Origin: Klebsormidium nitens
Taxonomy: Eukaryota; Plantae; Klebsormidiophyceae
Length of the DNA: 64,000 bases
Reading direction: 5' to 3'
Assembly: GCA_000708835.1 (NCBI GenBank)
Contig: DF237080.1
Coordinates: 62,001 to 126,000 of the forward strand
In this document: piece by piece, positions 1 through 12,926 of the stretch
Numbering within the stretch: the first letter of the stretch is position 1
Layout of the letters: each line of letters opens with the position of its first letter
Made by a program: the position numbers and the translations under genes
The notes under the pieces: generated by a model
Told to the model about the DNA's origin: nothing
Seen by the model: only the letters and a program-made list of their open reading frames with translations
The model's database searches: none

Positions 1-2553
1 TGAGACAGGAAGCATTGGTGCTCTTGACTAAAGACTTGTGATTAGATTCAACACTGGCAACGCCAGTCTCATAACCGAGAATATGGAGTCAATGTCCTGA
101 GTGGCGTTGAATGAGAGTCAGTAGTCGGACTGTCTGATTCAGCTTCAAGGAACTAGAATGTTGAAGCGTTGTTTTTTTTGACTTCTTGAATGGACTTGAT
201 GTAACTTCGAAGCTTGTATTGGCCCCAGTACAAAAATACGAGGACATTGCTTCCAAACAAGCCGCCCGTTGATGGGGCCTCAACCCGGATCCTGGTAGAG
301 GCTTCTATCTCTCGAGCCAAAAGCCGGTGTAGGGCCTCGCGAACCGAAGATCGTGACCAAGAAACCGCCTAGCAAAGCTGCGAAGCAAGGAGGGCAGAGA
401 AAGAGGGGGTAAAAAATAGCAGTCCCGGACAATGAGACTGAAAGCGCAAGCGATGCAGAGGTTTCTGTCTCTGAAAGACAGGCCGCCTTCGAAAGTAGAG
501 TCTGAGCAACTCTGGAACCCCGCTGGAACCAATTACCGACTGAAAAGAGCAGTTTGGTTCAGTACTTTCAACGATAAGGACCACGCCGCAGTCCTGCGCA
601 GGTAGGGTTGAATAGGATTGAGTCGTGTTATGTTGACAGACTCGGCACGTTTAGCTGAACTGCGTGAAGATAGCTTCCAACGGATTACGAATTCAGATCA
701 GCATCGAACACAATTTGGACTCGATATGGACTTGATTCGGACCAGGGTCAGACAACCTAAACATCATGTGCGAAGCCGGGCTAAAAGTGTCTATCGGACA
801 ACGTTCTGTTTCCAAACCAAGTCCGAATCTGATCCGAAGATGATCCGAACTCGGTCCGAAGATGCTTCCATCACCTTGCGCCAGTCTGAAACGTGTCCAA
901 AGTGAGTCCGACCTGTCCGAACTCGATCCGAACCGCATACTACTTCGGATCTGCTTCGGACCTACTTCGGACAGAGGCTATCTCGCAGTCATGAGCTAAT
1001 TAGCCAGATCTAAGCTACATCATATTTTACCGGCGACTCTAACGGCGGCCTATAACCAGAACGCAAAACCTGACTCGCGGACGTCAGGTTCCGCTCAAAT
1101 CCGCGACGTGACCCGAATCCCGCCCATTTGGCGATCTGGCCCGACGTGCGTTTCCGGCTGATGATTTGTGTGTCCACTGAAGCTTGGAGGACACGATGAG
1201 GAGTGAACGGAAAACGCCATCATGCAGTCGCCGAGGTAAGAAAACAGCCCAGCACCGACGTCGGGTAACCCTCGGAATACTTTCGCTAAATAAGAATCAA
1301 ATTGCGGGCGATACTTCCGGAACGAAGTTCCGCTCCATGTTCGGAGAGCCGCAGGATTTATACGTTCTGGGTGATTCGAAAAACGTCACTCCTTGGTATC
1401 TTGGTATCAGTCGCTTGAGTGAGTGCAATCTCAGTCGAACTACTGTATACGGGGCATATTTACGAGCTGTCGGGTAATATTTCTGTCGCAATCAACTGAA
1501 TCAAGGAGCAAGTTATCAAGGTTTCCGAAACTCGTACTTGGCTGTTTGCCCGCTGTTTGAGCCGAGTAAACAAGCTTTCTAGATCGACGACGTGGCGTTG
1601 TCTCCGTTTTCCTTCAAAATCTGAGCGGGATCTTACTACGGGCTCTACTGTAGTACAATCACAGTAGATCGAGCTCGGAATCTGCGCGCAGCCGGCCAGG
1701 GTCGAAGTCGTCGCGCCGCGGGCGGGGCCGCGCGCGCGGCGCCGCGCAGGCTACGCTCGGCGCTGAGCTGAGCTCAGTCACCCACCTTCCTTGCACCTTC
1801 GTAAGTGCCCGGGGCCCGCTGTGATGTCAGCAGCTTGCTCATGGCACATGCCTTCCCACCGTCCGATCCAGAGATTCCGAGTTTAACAATCACCGTACCG
1901 AACAAGCGACGGCAAACGATTGCTTTCAGTCTCAGAGTGTACTGTTCATACCGGTACTAGGTACCTAGATGATGCCTGTGCAATTACAATTCAAACAGGC
2001 AGTACCTACGGTATTATCTACTGTGGTAGTGTGGTACCACAATGTACAGACGGAAACGAGTACAGCATATCCCTGGTCGCGCTGCACTGCTCATGAGCAG
2101 TGAGCACACGCAGCAGCAAGCGGACTCGGTCGGAAGGAACACATTGCATCATGCGTGACAGCCTTGTAAGGTGCTGCATTGGTTCTACTAGTGGCAGGGT
2201 CAACTGTGCAAGCGGTCTGCAGACTTCCGAGTCGTCGTCAGAGCACCTTGCAGACGTAGTTACTAAATTCAATTCCGCGCTGCTCACGTCCTACGGAGCA
2301 TTTGACGACCACACCAACGGAAATAGAGCCGCTGCTAAGGCAGCTGGACTCACGTTTGCAGCTAGCCACAGCTACTCTTGTACTCAGACCTCTTATGCAA
2401 GAGGTCTTCTTTGCATCCAGCTCCTCACCTGCTTTGAAGGTGTAAAGTGGGCGCCAGCGCAGAGCTTCTTGTTACACAGTGGACACCAAAATATCTGCAT
2501 CAACGAGAGCTTTGAAGTCGTTTTCACCGAGGCTGGCCAGCCGCCCTATCAGT

Positions 2554-5500
2554 ATGTTGTGGACTGTCGCCTTTGCCGTGACTCTCCTGAGCTCCGCCGC
2601 ACCGCTTGCGCGGGCGGAGGTGCAGACATACAACCTGACAGTGAAAAGCGAGGTCAGTTTTGCAAGGTTTTTTTTATTGTTTGGAGAAAAAGTGAGCAGT
2701 GGTCAGCTTCTTCGAGCAGCTAATCGAGCTGAATACTTGTCAGTTGTTCTTGCATGCTGAGAACTCTAGTGGGCAGCTCGAAACCAAGTTCAACAAGTCC
2801 AGTCTCGCGCCGAACCCAAATTAGACCAGGCCCATGCAGAAGATATTGAGCACAACCACTGGAAGCCAGATCACGTCTGCTGGCGTTTCCCATGAGCCTT
2901 ACAGTTGCACCGCTGACAACGCCGCACCTGTTACATGATAATGCTTTAACGAAGGGACTCATACGCCCCAAACTGAAAGCTGTACGTTCATGCTTTCAAC
3001 ATTACCAACTAGTGGTGGCTTCACTTTCTCATGTTGAAGTCTGGTTGTGAATCTGGCACCGTTCGAACAGTGAATCGACCCAAATCTGAGCGAACTTCTC
3101 AACGGCTTTGATAGACAGAATTCTTTGGTTGTTCTTCCTCAAGCCGACTGTCGCAGAAACTTAGAGCCTGGAACATGACCACTTCAGTCAACTCGCAATG
3201 TCTCTATTTTCCATGAGATCAGGTTCCCATGTTTCCTGCCGTAGCTCTGCACTGATCTTCTACTGTTCACAAACGCAGATTCGGTCCCCTGACTGCCTGG
3301 AGCGCCGTACGCTTACTGTGAATGGGCTCTTCCCTGGCCCCACAATCCGCATCAGATCTGGCGACACAGTTCTTGCCCACGTCACAAATGGAATGCCCAG
3401 TGAGGTGAGGTGAGGTGAGGGCCCAAACCCCTTTTGTGGTTGAAACGGCTTGGTCCGGGAGAGCTGTCCAAGATTCTTTCAATATCTGGTGCTTCCCATA
3501 AGATATCAGACTCAGACGATCGGCATTGGCATTGCTGGCCCTTGAGCTGGTTCTAAGGAAGCTTAAATGCAGCTGCCCACGTGTCAGAGTTTGAGCATCT
3601 GGCAAAGCACAAAGATTCGCATGGTCAAGCTACGCTTGGGAAAACCTCACACCTTAGCTACGGGCTGCTCAGCATTCAAACATCTGTAACCCCCATATTT
3701 ACTTGATGTGTGTGAAACGTTCTCCCCCGCAGGCGCTGACCATTCACTGGCACGGAATCAAGCAGAAGGGCACTCCCTGGATGGACGGGCCCGCTTTCAT
3801 CACGCAGGCAAGTCGCAAAACGATTCTGTGAGCCTCTACTAGTCACATTCTAAACGAGCGCGACACGCCAGCGCAGTTTCTTCCTGTGTCCGGCTGTGAA
3901 TGATGGTTTCCTTGAAATGAGTTGCTATGCAGACTTTTTTCAGTGACTGATCGGAACAGCCCACTCGTCATTGTCGCCAGCTCGCTCTCTATCCCTACAA
4001 AAGGCGTGTTATTGCAAACAACTTGTTCGCACTTTCTTGTGTTTTTGGTTGACCGCTCCTCACACCTTGATAGACACGACTGAGGGCTTTAAAAATCAGG
4101 ATCTTCATAAGTGTCTGGTGGCGACCCTTCCAAAGGACATCAGCGCGCACTGTGGCGAATATTTCCCGATTGGCGTTGCAGTGCCCGATTCTACCAGGGG
4201 AGACGTTCCTCTACAACTTTACTGTGCCCGACCAAGTGGGGACATTCTGGTAAGCGGATACTTTGAAGCCTGCAAGTTCTTTCTTTGGTGGCATTTAAAG
4301 CAAAGCCGTGATGACACGCGGCAGTGATTCAAGTAGCTTTCAAAACCCGTACTGAATTTAATGATAGCCGCTTCTTTTCTCGAGCTGGACGGCTAGAGAT
4401 GAAGTGAGGCTTGTATTACAAGATCCTTAAGGGCATCCTGCCGCTTTTATCACAAGCACTTGCCCAGCACTTGTCTGAAAACTTCCTCGACGAAATGCAT
4501 AGGCAGAGTTTGACACCCCAAAGTAGTCAGGCAGAAGGCATCAGGTCTTGGGTACGGGCAAAGTATTCTGATGTGGGCGGATTGCAGGTACCACGCGCAT
4601 CTCGGCATGGAGCGCGCCGCCGGCGCGTGGGGCCTCTTTATCGTCGACCCGCCTCTCGGACAGTCCGAGCCGTTCGCGTACGACCAAGAACTGGACATCA
4701 CTCTCGCCGACTGGTAGGGATCTCAGAACATCACGACGTACCTTTCTCTGACTATGTTGGAAGTTGACTGCTCTTGATGCACGGGCTTCGAAGCGTTCAA
4801 AGTCCTTCAAAGATTTAAAGATGGCACCCTTTGCATCTTTGGTGGTGCTTCCTATGCAGACTCTAAGTTTTGCGTTAAGCGAAGGAGCCTTGAAAAAACT
4901 CTTTTCGAAGCAGCGCTCAGAAATTGAGCTACTCGCATATCAAACTCCAGGGGATCCGGGAGTCTGCGCCACAGTGGGCTGGGGGAATGATATCGATCTC
5001 AGGCGCGACCAAACTTTAGAATGCCCTCAGATTGATCAGACTCCTCAAAGGGGCCAAATAGAGTATTTGTCCCTGACTGCCTCAAACCCGCAGGTACCAC
5101 ATGGACGAAATCTACTACGGGTACTATTTCCTGGCCGTCAACGGCGCTAACCCGCCCGCCAACTCGTTCCTGCTCAACGGCCGCGGCCAGTTCAACTGCA
5201 CGCCCGCCATCGAACGCACCGGCGGCTACGGCGACCTAGATCCGTACAAAGCGTGCAACGTGTCGAGCGCCGACTGCGGGCCGACCGTGCTCAAGGTGCA
5301 GGTGAGGGGTCTGACGTCACGCTGACGTTGCCAATATTCGCTGGCGTGGAGTTGCGGCGAATTCCACGTCGCCCGTCGGATAATTCTGTAGAGCAGCGTA
5401 AGGCAGAAGACGAATCTCGCTTTCGCGAATGAACGGAGGATAAACATGCCTTGCCATTGACGGGTCCAGTGATTGGATCACGCGTTATGAGCTTTTCGCT

Positions 5501-8500
5501 GCTTTCAGATCAACCGTTCTGCGGCGAATCTCTTTGACCGTCACCAGAGACTGCAGGGCCCTTCGGGACCTTTGCTTCCGACTTTTGACATGACGAAGTT
5601 CAACTTATCAATCTGCTACTGCTGCGCGACCCAAACTCTTCCACGATCAGGGCTCAAAGATTCGGATGCCTCAGCGTACAAGAGATCTAGAAGGGCGAAA
5701 TATCTGGCTTTCCGGTTAACGTTGGGTTCTCGATTAACGTTGGCTTTTCGGTTAATGTTGGCTTCCTTGAGACCCGCTGTAGAAGTCCAACAAAAAAAAT
5801 CACAACCCACTATGATGCGCGTGCTGTTGCAGCCAAACACGACGTACCGCGCACGGATCCTTAGCGGCGCTGCGCAGTCTTACATGCTCTTCTCCATTGA
5901 AAACCACACGCTGACGATCGTCCAGGCCGACGGGGGATACACAGGTACGTCTATAAGATTCCCGCTGCGCGTGGAATTACCGGCCCGGGGCTAGAGAATC
6001 TTGCTTGTGGTCTTGGTTCAGCAAAAACAGCGCGAAACAATGAAACAGTGTGTTGGGCGCTTATATTCCTGTCCGATCCCCTTTTGTAGTACAGAAGTCG
6101 TCACTTTCTTCCTCAAGAAAGCGACATGACTTTTCAAGCAACAGAAGACGACACGGAGTCTTGCAGCGCTAAGCACAGCCTTCACAGCATAAGGACGACA
6201 TAGGTGAGCATTCATCGCACTTTGCTGACGTCATGCTTGCCCGTGCGCAGAGCCGCGCAACGTCAGCGTGCTGGAGATTGCCTCGGGGCAGTCGTACTCG
6301 GTGCTGTTCACGACCAATCAAGCGCCCAACGCGTATTACGTCAGCGTGCGGAGCAAGTGGGAGACGCCCGGCTACTGCATGCAGGCGACCGGGACGGGCC
6401 AGTGTGAGCCTGCTGGTCGCCCTCCGGCAGAATCTTAGCGTCACCCCCAGACACACAAATCCTTTCTTTTATTTTTGTCCCCGCGTACTTCCACTTTTTG
6501 TTCCGGAAATTCGACTTGATTTCAGCTGCAGAATTGTCTTAAACTCACACCTTCCGCTGGTTCCGCTAAATTGCCTTAAGAGTCACGTTGAACAGGCTTG
6601 AGTCCGGTTGGGTGCCCATCTTATGCATCGAGCTGGTTGATTACTGCTGGTCAGGCACCGATTTTGAGCTTGGGTTGAGAAAGCAAAGCAACCAGTTCGT
6701 GTGTAGCTTGCTTTGCAGAGGACACCGTTTGCCGTGCCACAGCGATCGCACTGTCCTCGGTGATCCTTGTAAGGGCACGCTCGTGCTGGGCTTCAAAGCC
6801 CTCATACAACAAACACCTAATTACTGATTCTTTTGAAGTTCTGACGATATCCGTATACAACAAACACCTAATCACTATTTTTTTGAAGTTCTGACGATAT
6901 CCGCGTTTCCTTTTTCCAGGCCCCCACCTGACGGGCACCCTCCTCTACTCCAGCTCCGCCAACGCGGTCGCCCAAAACGCACCCCCGCCCAGCAGCCTGC
7001 AGTCGCAGGGGATCTCCTTCGGGGATCCCTCTGTCAACGCCTCCATCGCCTTCCAGAAGAACATCACCATGAACAAGGATTACGTCACGCCGCTGACGTG
7101 GCCGCCCACGCGCAACATCACCATCCTGACCAGCCTGGGAGCGGACCCGGACAGCCATCCCGTGTACGGACGTCCGATCGCGCTATCTGTCCCTGGCTTT
7201 TGAATCTCTGATTTTAGTTTTCACTTATTCTTTCGTGGGTTGTGATGTGATCGCCCATCAATGTGGTTGATTCTTGGTTCTGACGAAGTGCTGTTAATCA
7301 AAGCCTTTTTGCTTATTCTGTCTTTGCTTTCGTTGTGCACGGATAGAGATCACCGGACTGGGAGTATCGACTTTTAAAGTTGGTCCGCATATTCTTCTGC
7401 TTCGAGCTAAAGTAACCTAGGCTTGCTGCGTCCTGGCTACCTTCTATCAGGCGCATATGACTGCTTTGATTGCTTTGAGATGGCTTATTTTTGTATGTTG
7501 GCAGCGGGTTATGCCACCTCGTCATGCAAGTGTGTAATCCTTCTCCTGTGTGAATTATTTCAGTCCCCAAACCTTTCGTCCTGGACCGTGTTGGAATCTG
7601 CTTTGAAAGTGAGCGTTGCGCTCTCGGATGAGGATCAGGATGCCACCGATCTCTTGAAATTCTCAAACGCTCCTTTTCTGTTCTTCTCAAGGTGAGCGTA
7701 CCGACTCCTGCTGATCCCTCCTCCTCATGCTAACCCGCAGGTTTGCATTGAACGGGATCGAGGGAAGGGAGCCCGTTACGCCTCTTCTGATAGCTGAGTA
7801 CTACAACGTCTCAGACGGGATCGACAACACTGCACACGACACTTACCGTCCGGGAGACGAGACTTCGCTCTTGGTCGAGACCGCGCAAGGATTGCCGGTC
7901 TACCGCATCAACGGAAACGAGAGCGGAATGTCGTGCTACGGAACGGAGCTCGCTTCTGGAGCACCGACCGAAAGCTGGTTCTAGATTGAAGAATGTTACA
8001 TCAGCTTTCTTCTCGTTTATCTTGCTGTTGCTGTAAGATTTCCAGAACGCCCAGTGTCGATCAAAACCAGGGCCGGCGTCTCACCTGATGGGCAGCTGAA
8101 AGAGTCATGCGTCCCGCCTCCTTGCTCATCTCGACTCCCCCATGCATTGACACGCCTCTTTTCCGTCCATCCTCCTTCGCGACTTGGAGATCCTCGCAGC
8201 CTGCGAATATCGGTCAACCATCCCGTCACCAGTCCCGCAATCCCGCTGTGATCCGCCGTTCCGCTTTTCCGCGCAGTTCCGTTCTGATCGTGTTCCAAAA
8301 CTCGATGGTCACGACCCAGCAGTCCAACATGGCAATCAACGACACGTACCTGGCTCTGCTGCCCGTCGCCGTACCGCACGCGTGGCATCTTCAAGGCCAC
8401 GACTTCTGGGTCGTGGGCCAGGGTGAGGACACGTGTCCTGCTGGGTGGCTTTTCGAGTCCGCTTCCGAGGGGCTAACTTGAAGACGTTGCAGTTTAGGGC

Positions 8501-10281
8501 AGGGGCCACTGGCAGTGTATTGGCCATACTTCCGTTTGCCTGCACTTTTACCGTCAGAGCTTTCCCGAGCCGACTCGACTTGTAAAGATGAGCCACGTGT
8601 TTTCTTGTCTTTGGCTGGAAACCCTTGTGCTGTTTTCAAGGATGTGATGAACGGAGTGTCATTTGTCTACCCTTCAGCAGGGTTGATCACCGCCGCACAA
8701 AACTGCCTTTGATATGCTGCTGGACAGATTATTACCAAACTGTCATGATCATTCCAACTAGAGTACTCAACTTCGCTTTCTTTCAAGTAAGACCGCATGT
8801 TTTGAAGGTGGTCTTTCTGGCTGTCAACCTCAAACACGGCGACGGCTACAGTTCATTAGAGTTTCAATGCATCTCTGCATATTGGTGGCTCGTTCGGTTG
8901 CTCGGTTATATCCGGGTTCAAAGGTACTGCTGCAGACTCACAGTCTGGCAATCTGTCACATGAACTACTGCCGGCACTCCATAATGCATCAGGTTTTAGT
9001 TTCATTCCGACTCGTTAACACCGCAGGACGTGGCGTTTACGACGCGACGGAGAGCCCCAAGACCTTCAACCTGGTGAACCCCATTTACCGGAACACCGTC
9101 GCCCTTTATCCTCGCGCGTGGGCCGCGATCATGTTTAACGTAAGTCCCCCTTCACCTCATACTGATCTGGGGATGCGAGTGCGGATCCAGTGTCCCTGCC
9201 CAAAGGGAACACGTACGAAGGACAAAAGTCGCCGAGATAACGTCGTCTGGATTCCTAGTGTCTGATGTCTGGAGCGCCTCTCGCTGAAGAGGGAAGAGCC
9301 GACTGGTCGAACGGCTTTTCCATAGCCCGCAATCTGTCCGATTCCCGTCCCATTGCTGACTTGCCAACCGGACAGCCTTTAACTTGTTTCGCAGAGTACT
9401 ACTTACTAGGTTGCTCGGCAATTCAGTCGGAGCCGGTTCCCATGAACCAGTTCCTGCTCTCCGAGAACCGGCCTTGAAGCGGGCCTAGCTCCGGTTCGTC
9501 CGCCATTTTTTCCGCCGGGAGCGGAATGCTCCGATTCGGCCCCAGTTCCGCTCCACTTCGAAGCCAGGGCGCCCTTGAACACGACGAATCTAGCTGAAGC
9601 CATTTACACTTGCAGAGAGACCAAGGAAGAGGTTCTCAGTCATTCTGTTTGGTTCCCAATGCAGGCCGACAATCCGGGAGCGTGGTTCGTGCACTGCCAT
9701 CTCGACGCACATATGTGGGCAGACTCCCTCTTCGCTGCGATGCGCTTCTAAACTCCTGTGATCTGCTTTGATTCCCAACCGGTCCCTGCTTACAGCAGCC
9801 TTCGAGCAACCTGCCGGATTTAGATAGAAAGGGAAGTTTATATAGGCTTGTTTGTATACTGTCCGACAAGCCTCTGTAAGATCTGGCCGTTTCCCTGTTG
9901 GAGAAGCTCATTCGAAAAGATCAGATCGGACGAGCTTCTATAAGTTCTGGCCGTTACATTCGGAAAGGAGCTCAGATCCGACATGTCGACAGCTGGCCGT
10001 TCCGCTTTGAAAGAAACTCAGATCCGAGAAGCTTCTCCATAATCTGGCCGTTCCGCTTTGAAGAAGCTCAGATCCAAAAACTCGGTGGTCTCTGTTGGGA
10101 CTTCCGTGACACATGCGGACATGTGATCCTCCCATCTTCTCGAGGCTGATTGGACGTTTCTGCGCGCGCGCGCAGGTATGTGGGCATGCGCGTGGCCATC
10201 GTCGAGGACGCGGCCAACATTCCGCCGCCGCCGCCGGGCTATACCCTCTGCGGAAAGGCGCCCGGAACAGTTGTTGCTTAG
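2554..10281 (+). CDS. Secreted multicopper oxidase (ascorbate oxidase/laccase-like), 14 exons, ~604 aa
   Basis: Exons 2554-2652, 3279-3404, 3733-3807, 4182-4249, 4588-4713, 5094-5301, 5833-5944, 6251-6403, 6920-7163, 7741-7929 (donor uncertain by ~3 nt), 8277-8422, 9027-9139, 9665-9714, 10176-10281; phases all compatible. Signal peptide MLWTVAFAVTLLSSAAPLARA. Cu motifs HWHG, WYHAH, HAWHLQGH, HCHLDAHMYVGM (Met axial ligand); C-terminus IPPPPPGYTLCG is AO-like. Confidence 0.92.
6804..6903 (+). repeat. ~50-bp tandem duplication at the 3' end of multicopper oxidase intron 8, including a branch-point-like CTAAT
   Basis: atacaacaaacacctaat..ttttgaagttctgacgatatccg occurs at 6804-6853 and 6855-6903, just upstream of the acceptor at 6918-6919. 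Confidence 0.85.
9881..10078 (+). repeat. Four degenerate ~46-64-bp tandem units in the last intron of the multicopper oxidase
   Basis: ctggccgtt at 9883, 9947, 9993 and 10044, each followed by ..tcagatc(c/g). Confidence 0.8.
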
Positions 10282-11764
10282 AGGAATGGCGGAAGCCGCC
10301 ACAGGGATCCTTGCGCGAGGAGGCAGATCTAATCGTTCCACTCAGAAGGAACACTTACTTAAAGTCTTCGTTTATATATCTGGTTTGGGGATGGTGATTC
10401 AAAGGGGGTTCCTGATCGGCGACCTTGGCCGGGCCCTGTAACCGACCGCTAGTCACAAGGCTGCAGTTTATAGCTGGTCACAATTATGCACGGCACGCAG
10501 ATGCTTGTCGTCTTTGTTACTTGCAAAGGTTCAAACGTTTAGGATGCAGCGCACGGCGGCTAAGGAATATGTTAATTTTGGGTTTGTGGTAACCGGTCAG
10601 CCGGGATGGTTGATCGGTTGCGATTTTTTGCGTCGACTTTGGAAGCAGCCGCATCCATTCAAAACTTTCTTACAGCCAGTATTGATTATTGAAGGGCTCA
10701 CGAGCGACAAGAGGTTCTCAGGACACTTACTTGGGAAGCTCTGTGGCTTGTAAGGAGGGCCATCAATAGGAACAACTTATAAACTTGTGCACGCGCAAGA
10801 GAGATTGCCTAGTCGTCCTTTCTTGTGGGCGCACTGTTACGTCATGTTTGCATGATCAGCTATTTGGACATCCCTCGTACTGTTACCCCTCGTGGTCAAG
10901 TCTGAAGAGCATACATTACCTTTGAGTGATGTACGTCCATTGATTTCACTGCGGCCAGCTATTCTCTGAAGTCGCTCCTGCAAGCCTGCTTCACAGTGAT
11001 GGCAGCCGGCGGTATACGTATGGGCGTTGCCCTTTTGGCTAAGCGCAGCGCCTCTTTCGACAGCTGCCGATCTCTGATTGGTCGGAAGGTTTGCTGGCAG
11101 ACCGGGCCAAAACCCACTGCATGGTAATACACGCAGCGGGTGTTGTAAATCGGTCTAAAATTCAAACTAGAATGTCCTCCCCCTTGGATGTTTTGCGATG
11201 AGGGGTTTAGTATGGGCTTAAGGATTTCTCGGTTTCGAAGCAAAAAATCTGCGGGGGTTAGTAGGGGGTTACTCGCTCAGGTTTCGATCTCGGTCAACGT
11301 GGTCAAACCGGTAAGAGTTTCGGCCAATAGGATCACGAATAAAAAAGCCTTACCGTTTTTGGAACATGTCATGTCAATAAGGGAGGCAAAGATTGACTGC
11401 CTCAGCTCGTATCCACATAGCGTGGGCCACAGTTGCACAACTCGGTGAATCCTTCTGCATGACTGTGTATGGCGCAGAAGGGTCTGCATGGGTTAGAAAC
11501 TTGCTGTATGGCCTGTGGACATAGCTTACTGCACACGTCATCCAGTGACTGTGCTGACGGTGGCGGTCTAGCCATGGCGCCGAGTCGAACTCAAACAGAA
11601 CACTGGCTGTCAAGCTCTTTGGCACCGTTTGGTCGAATCTTAAGATTTGGTAAAGTCGTAAGCACGAAGGAGCGCGGCGTCTCCTTGAAATGCGTACATG
11701 TAATCTAGAGGTAATCTACGTAGACGCATAGTTCTGTTGATCGAGCAGCTTGCAACTAGTGACA

Positions 11765-11996
11765 CGTGCCATGTCAGACACGGGGTTCCCGTGCCATTGA
11801 ACGTCTCACTTCAGATCGTCAGATCGCCACTGAAAAGCTGTTGAACTGCATGATGTCAGGATGCGTCTCGCATTCAATTCGTTTCGCATCATGCCAGCCT
11901 GATTCAGGATCTTCAAAGTCGTGATTCAATCCTGTATCCTCGTCAGTTCAGAATCACAAACCCCGATGGGCAGTTGGCGCCTCAGGAACGTGCCAC
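11765..11996 (+). repeat. Dispersed repeat, copy 1 (homologous to 17369-17576)
   Basis: Shares blocks such as cgccactgaaaa, gttgaactgcatga, gtcgtgattcaat, tatcctcgtca and ggcgcctcaggaacgtgccac with the second copy, in the same orientation. Confidence 0.85.
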
Positions 11997-12168
11997 CTGA
12001 TGTGCCTGGTAACTAGTATAGAAACATTTTTTGATGAAGCCCGAACTCCGAAATTGCTTGTTTCTGCGCCATCGACCCAGGTGCCTAAGCGTGTATAAAA
12101 AGAAGTGACCATGTGTAGTGCACCGAGGATTTCGAGACAGCGAGTATCCAGCCGCTGGAAGGCCATTG

Positions 12169-12695
12169 CCCGGGGTGGCAACTCCCGTTTTAAAACATGT
12201 CATGTGGGGGAGTAAAACACCCCGTTTGGCTTGCTTCGACCGTTTTAAAACCGTTTTAAAACGTTTTTAAATGGTTGAAAAGCGCCCCAAAGACGTTCTA
12301 TTTACGTTTTAAAGGCTAATCTTGGTTTTCGTGCACATATTACATCCATCCAGACTGAAAGCAATCAGCTTACCGCAAATAAAACCCGAATATGTCAAGC
12401 AGAAGGCAATTTAAAACGTTTTAGTTGTTTTGCTGTTTCTAAAACAGGAATATTTTGAGCCTCATCTTGGACGCACATGTCTTGCGGCTGTTTTTGTTGT
12501 TTTATTCTGTTTTAAAGTTGTTTTAAAATTCAAGGGGGGGTCCAATTTTAAAAATAAGGGGTGTTTTAGGCGCCTCTTGACGAGCTCTATCCGTTGGTTA
12601 TGAATAAAACCTCAGCGCTTTTGATTTTGTGCAGTTTTGAAAAAATAGGATGAATAAAACACGGGGTGTTTTAAAACTTGAGTTGCCAAATCGTG
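12169..12695. mobile_element. hAT-like non-autonomous DNA transposon (MITE), 527 bp
   Basis: 8-bp direct repeat GGCCATTG at 12161-12168 and 12696-12703. Terminal inverted repeats: inner 22 nt tggcaactcccgttttaaaaca (12176-12197) vs tgttttaaaacttgagttgcca (12667-12688) match 20/22, with equal 7-nt outer offsets. AT-rich interior with repeated GTTTTAAAAC; no transposase. Confidence 0.8.
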
Positions 12696-12926
12696 GGCCA
12701 TTGACCGCTCATATATGTCTAGCGAATCATGATTGATACTGCGTCTCGAATTACCTTTATTGCTTTCACCGCGTTGATTTGAAAGAATATAATCAACGTT
12801 CAAACGGGTGGCTGAATGCAAGCGCACTACGAACTGCTGCTGTTCCATGTGTCGCCGTCCTCCTTGCAACAGCAGCTGAAAAAGATACCGGAGCTCCAGA
12901 GATCATAGCCTAACGATCGAAGCTAG

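Noticed and set aside
89-600. Possible minus-strand exon(s) at the window start (pyrimidine tract and AG near 375-420)
   Set aside because: No frame gave a recognisable protein; evidence is insufficient.
2100-2723. 207-aa ORF overlapping the oxidase first exon in another frame
   Set aside because: No recognisable motif; the overlapping frame has the signal peptide and joins the MCO exons.
9715-9751. Apparent premature stop and loss of the T1 axial ligand in the oxidase (HMWADSLFAAMRF*)
   Set aside because: A GTGGGC donor at 9715 and an acceptor at 10174-10175 restore HMYVGMRV..LCG, with a Met axial ligand.
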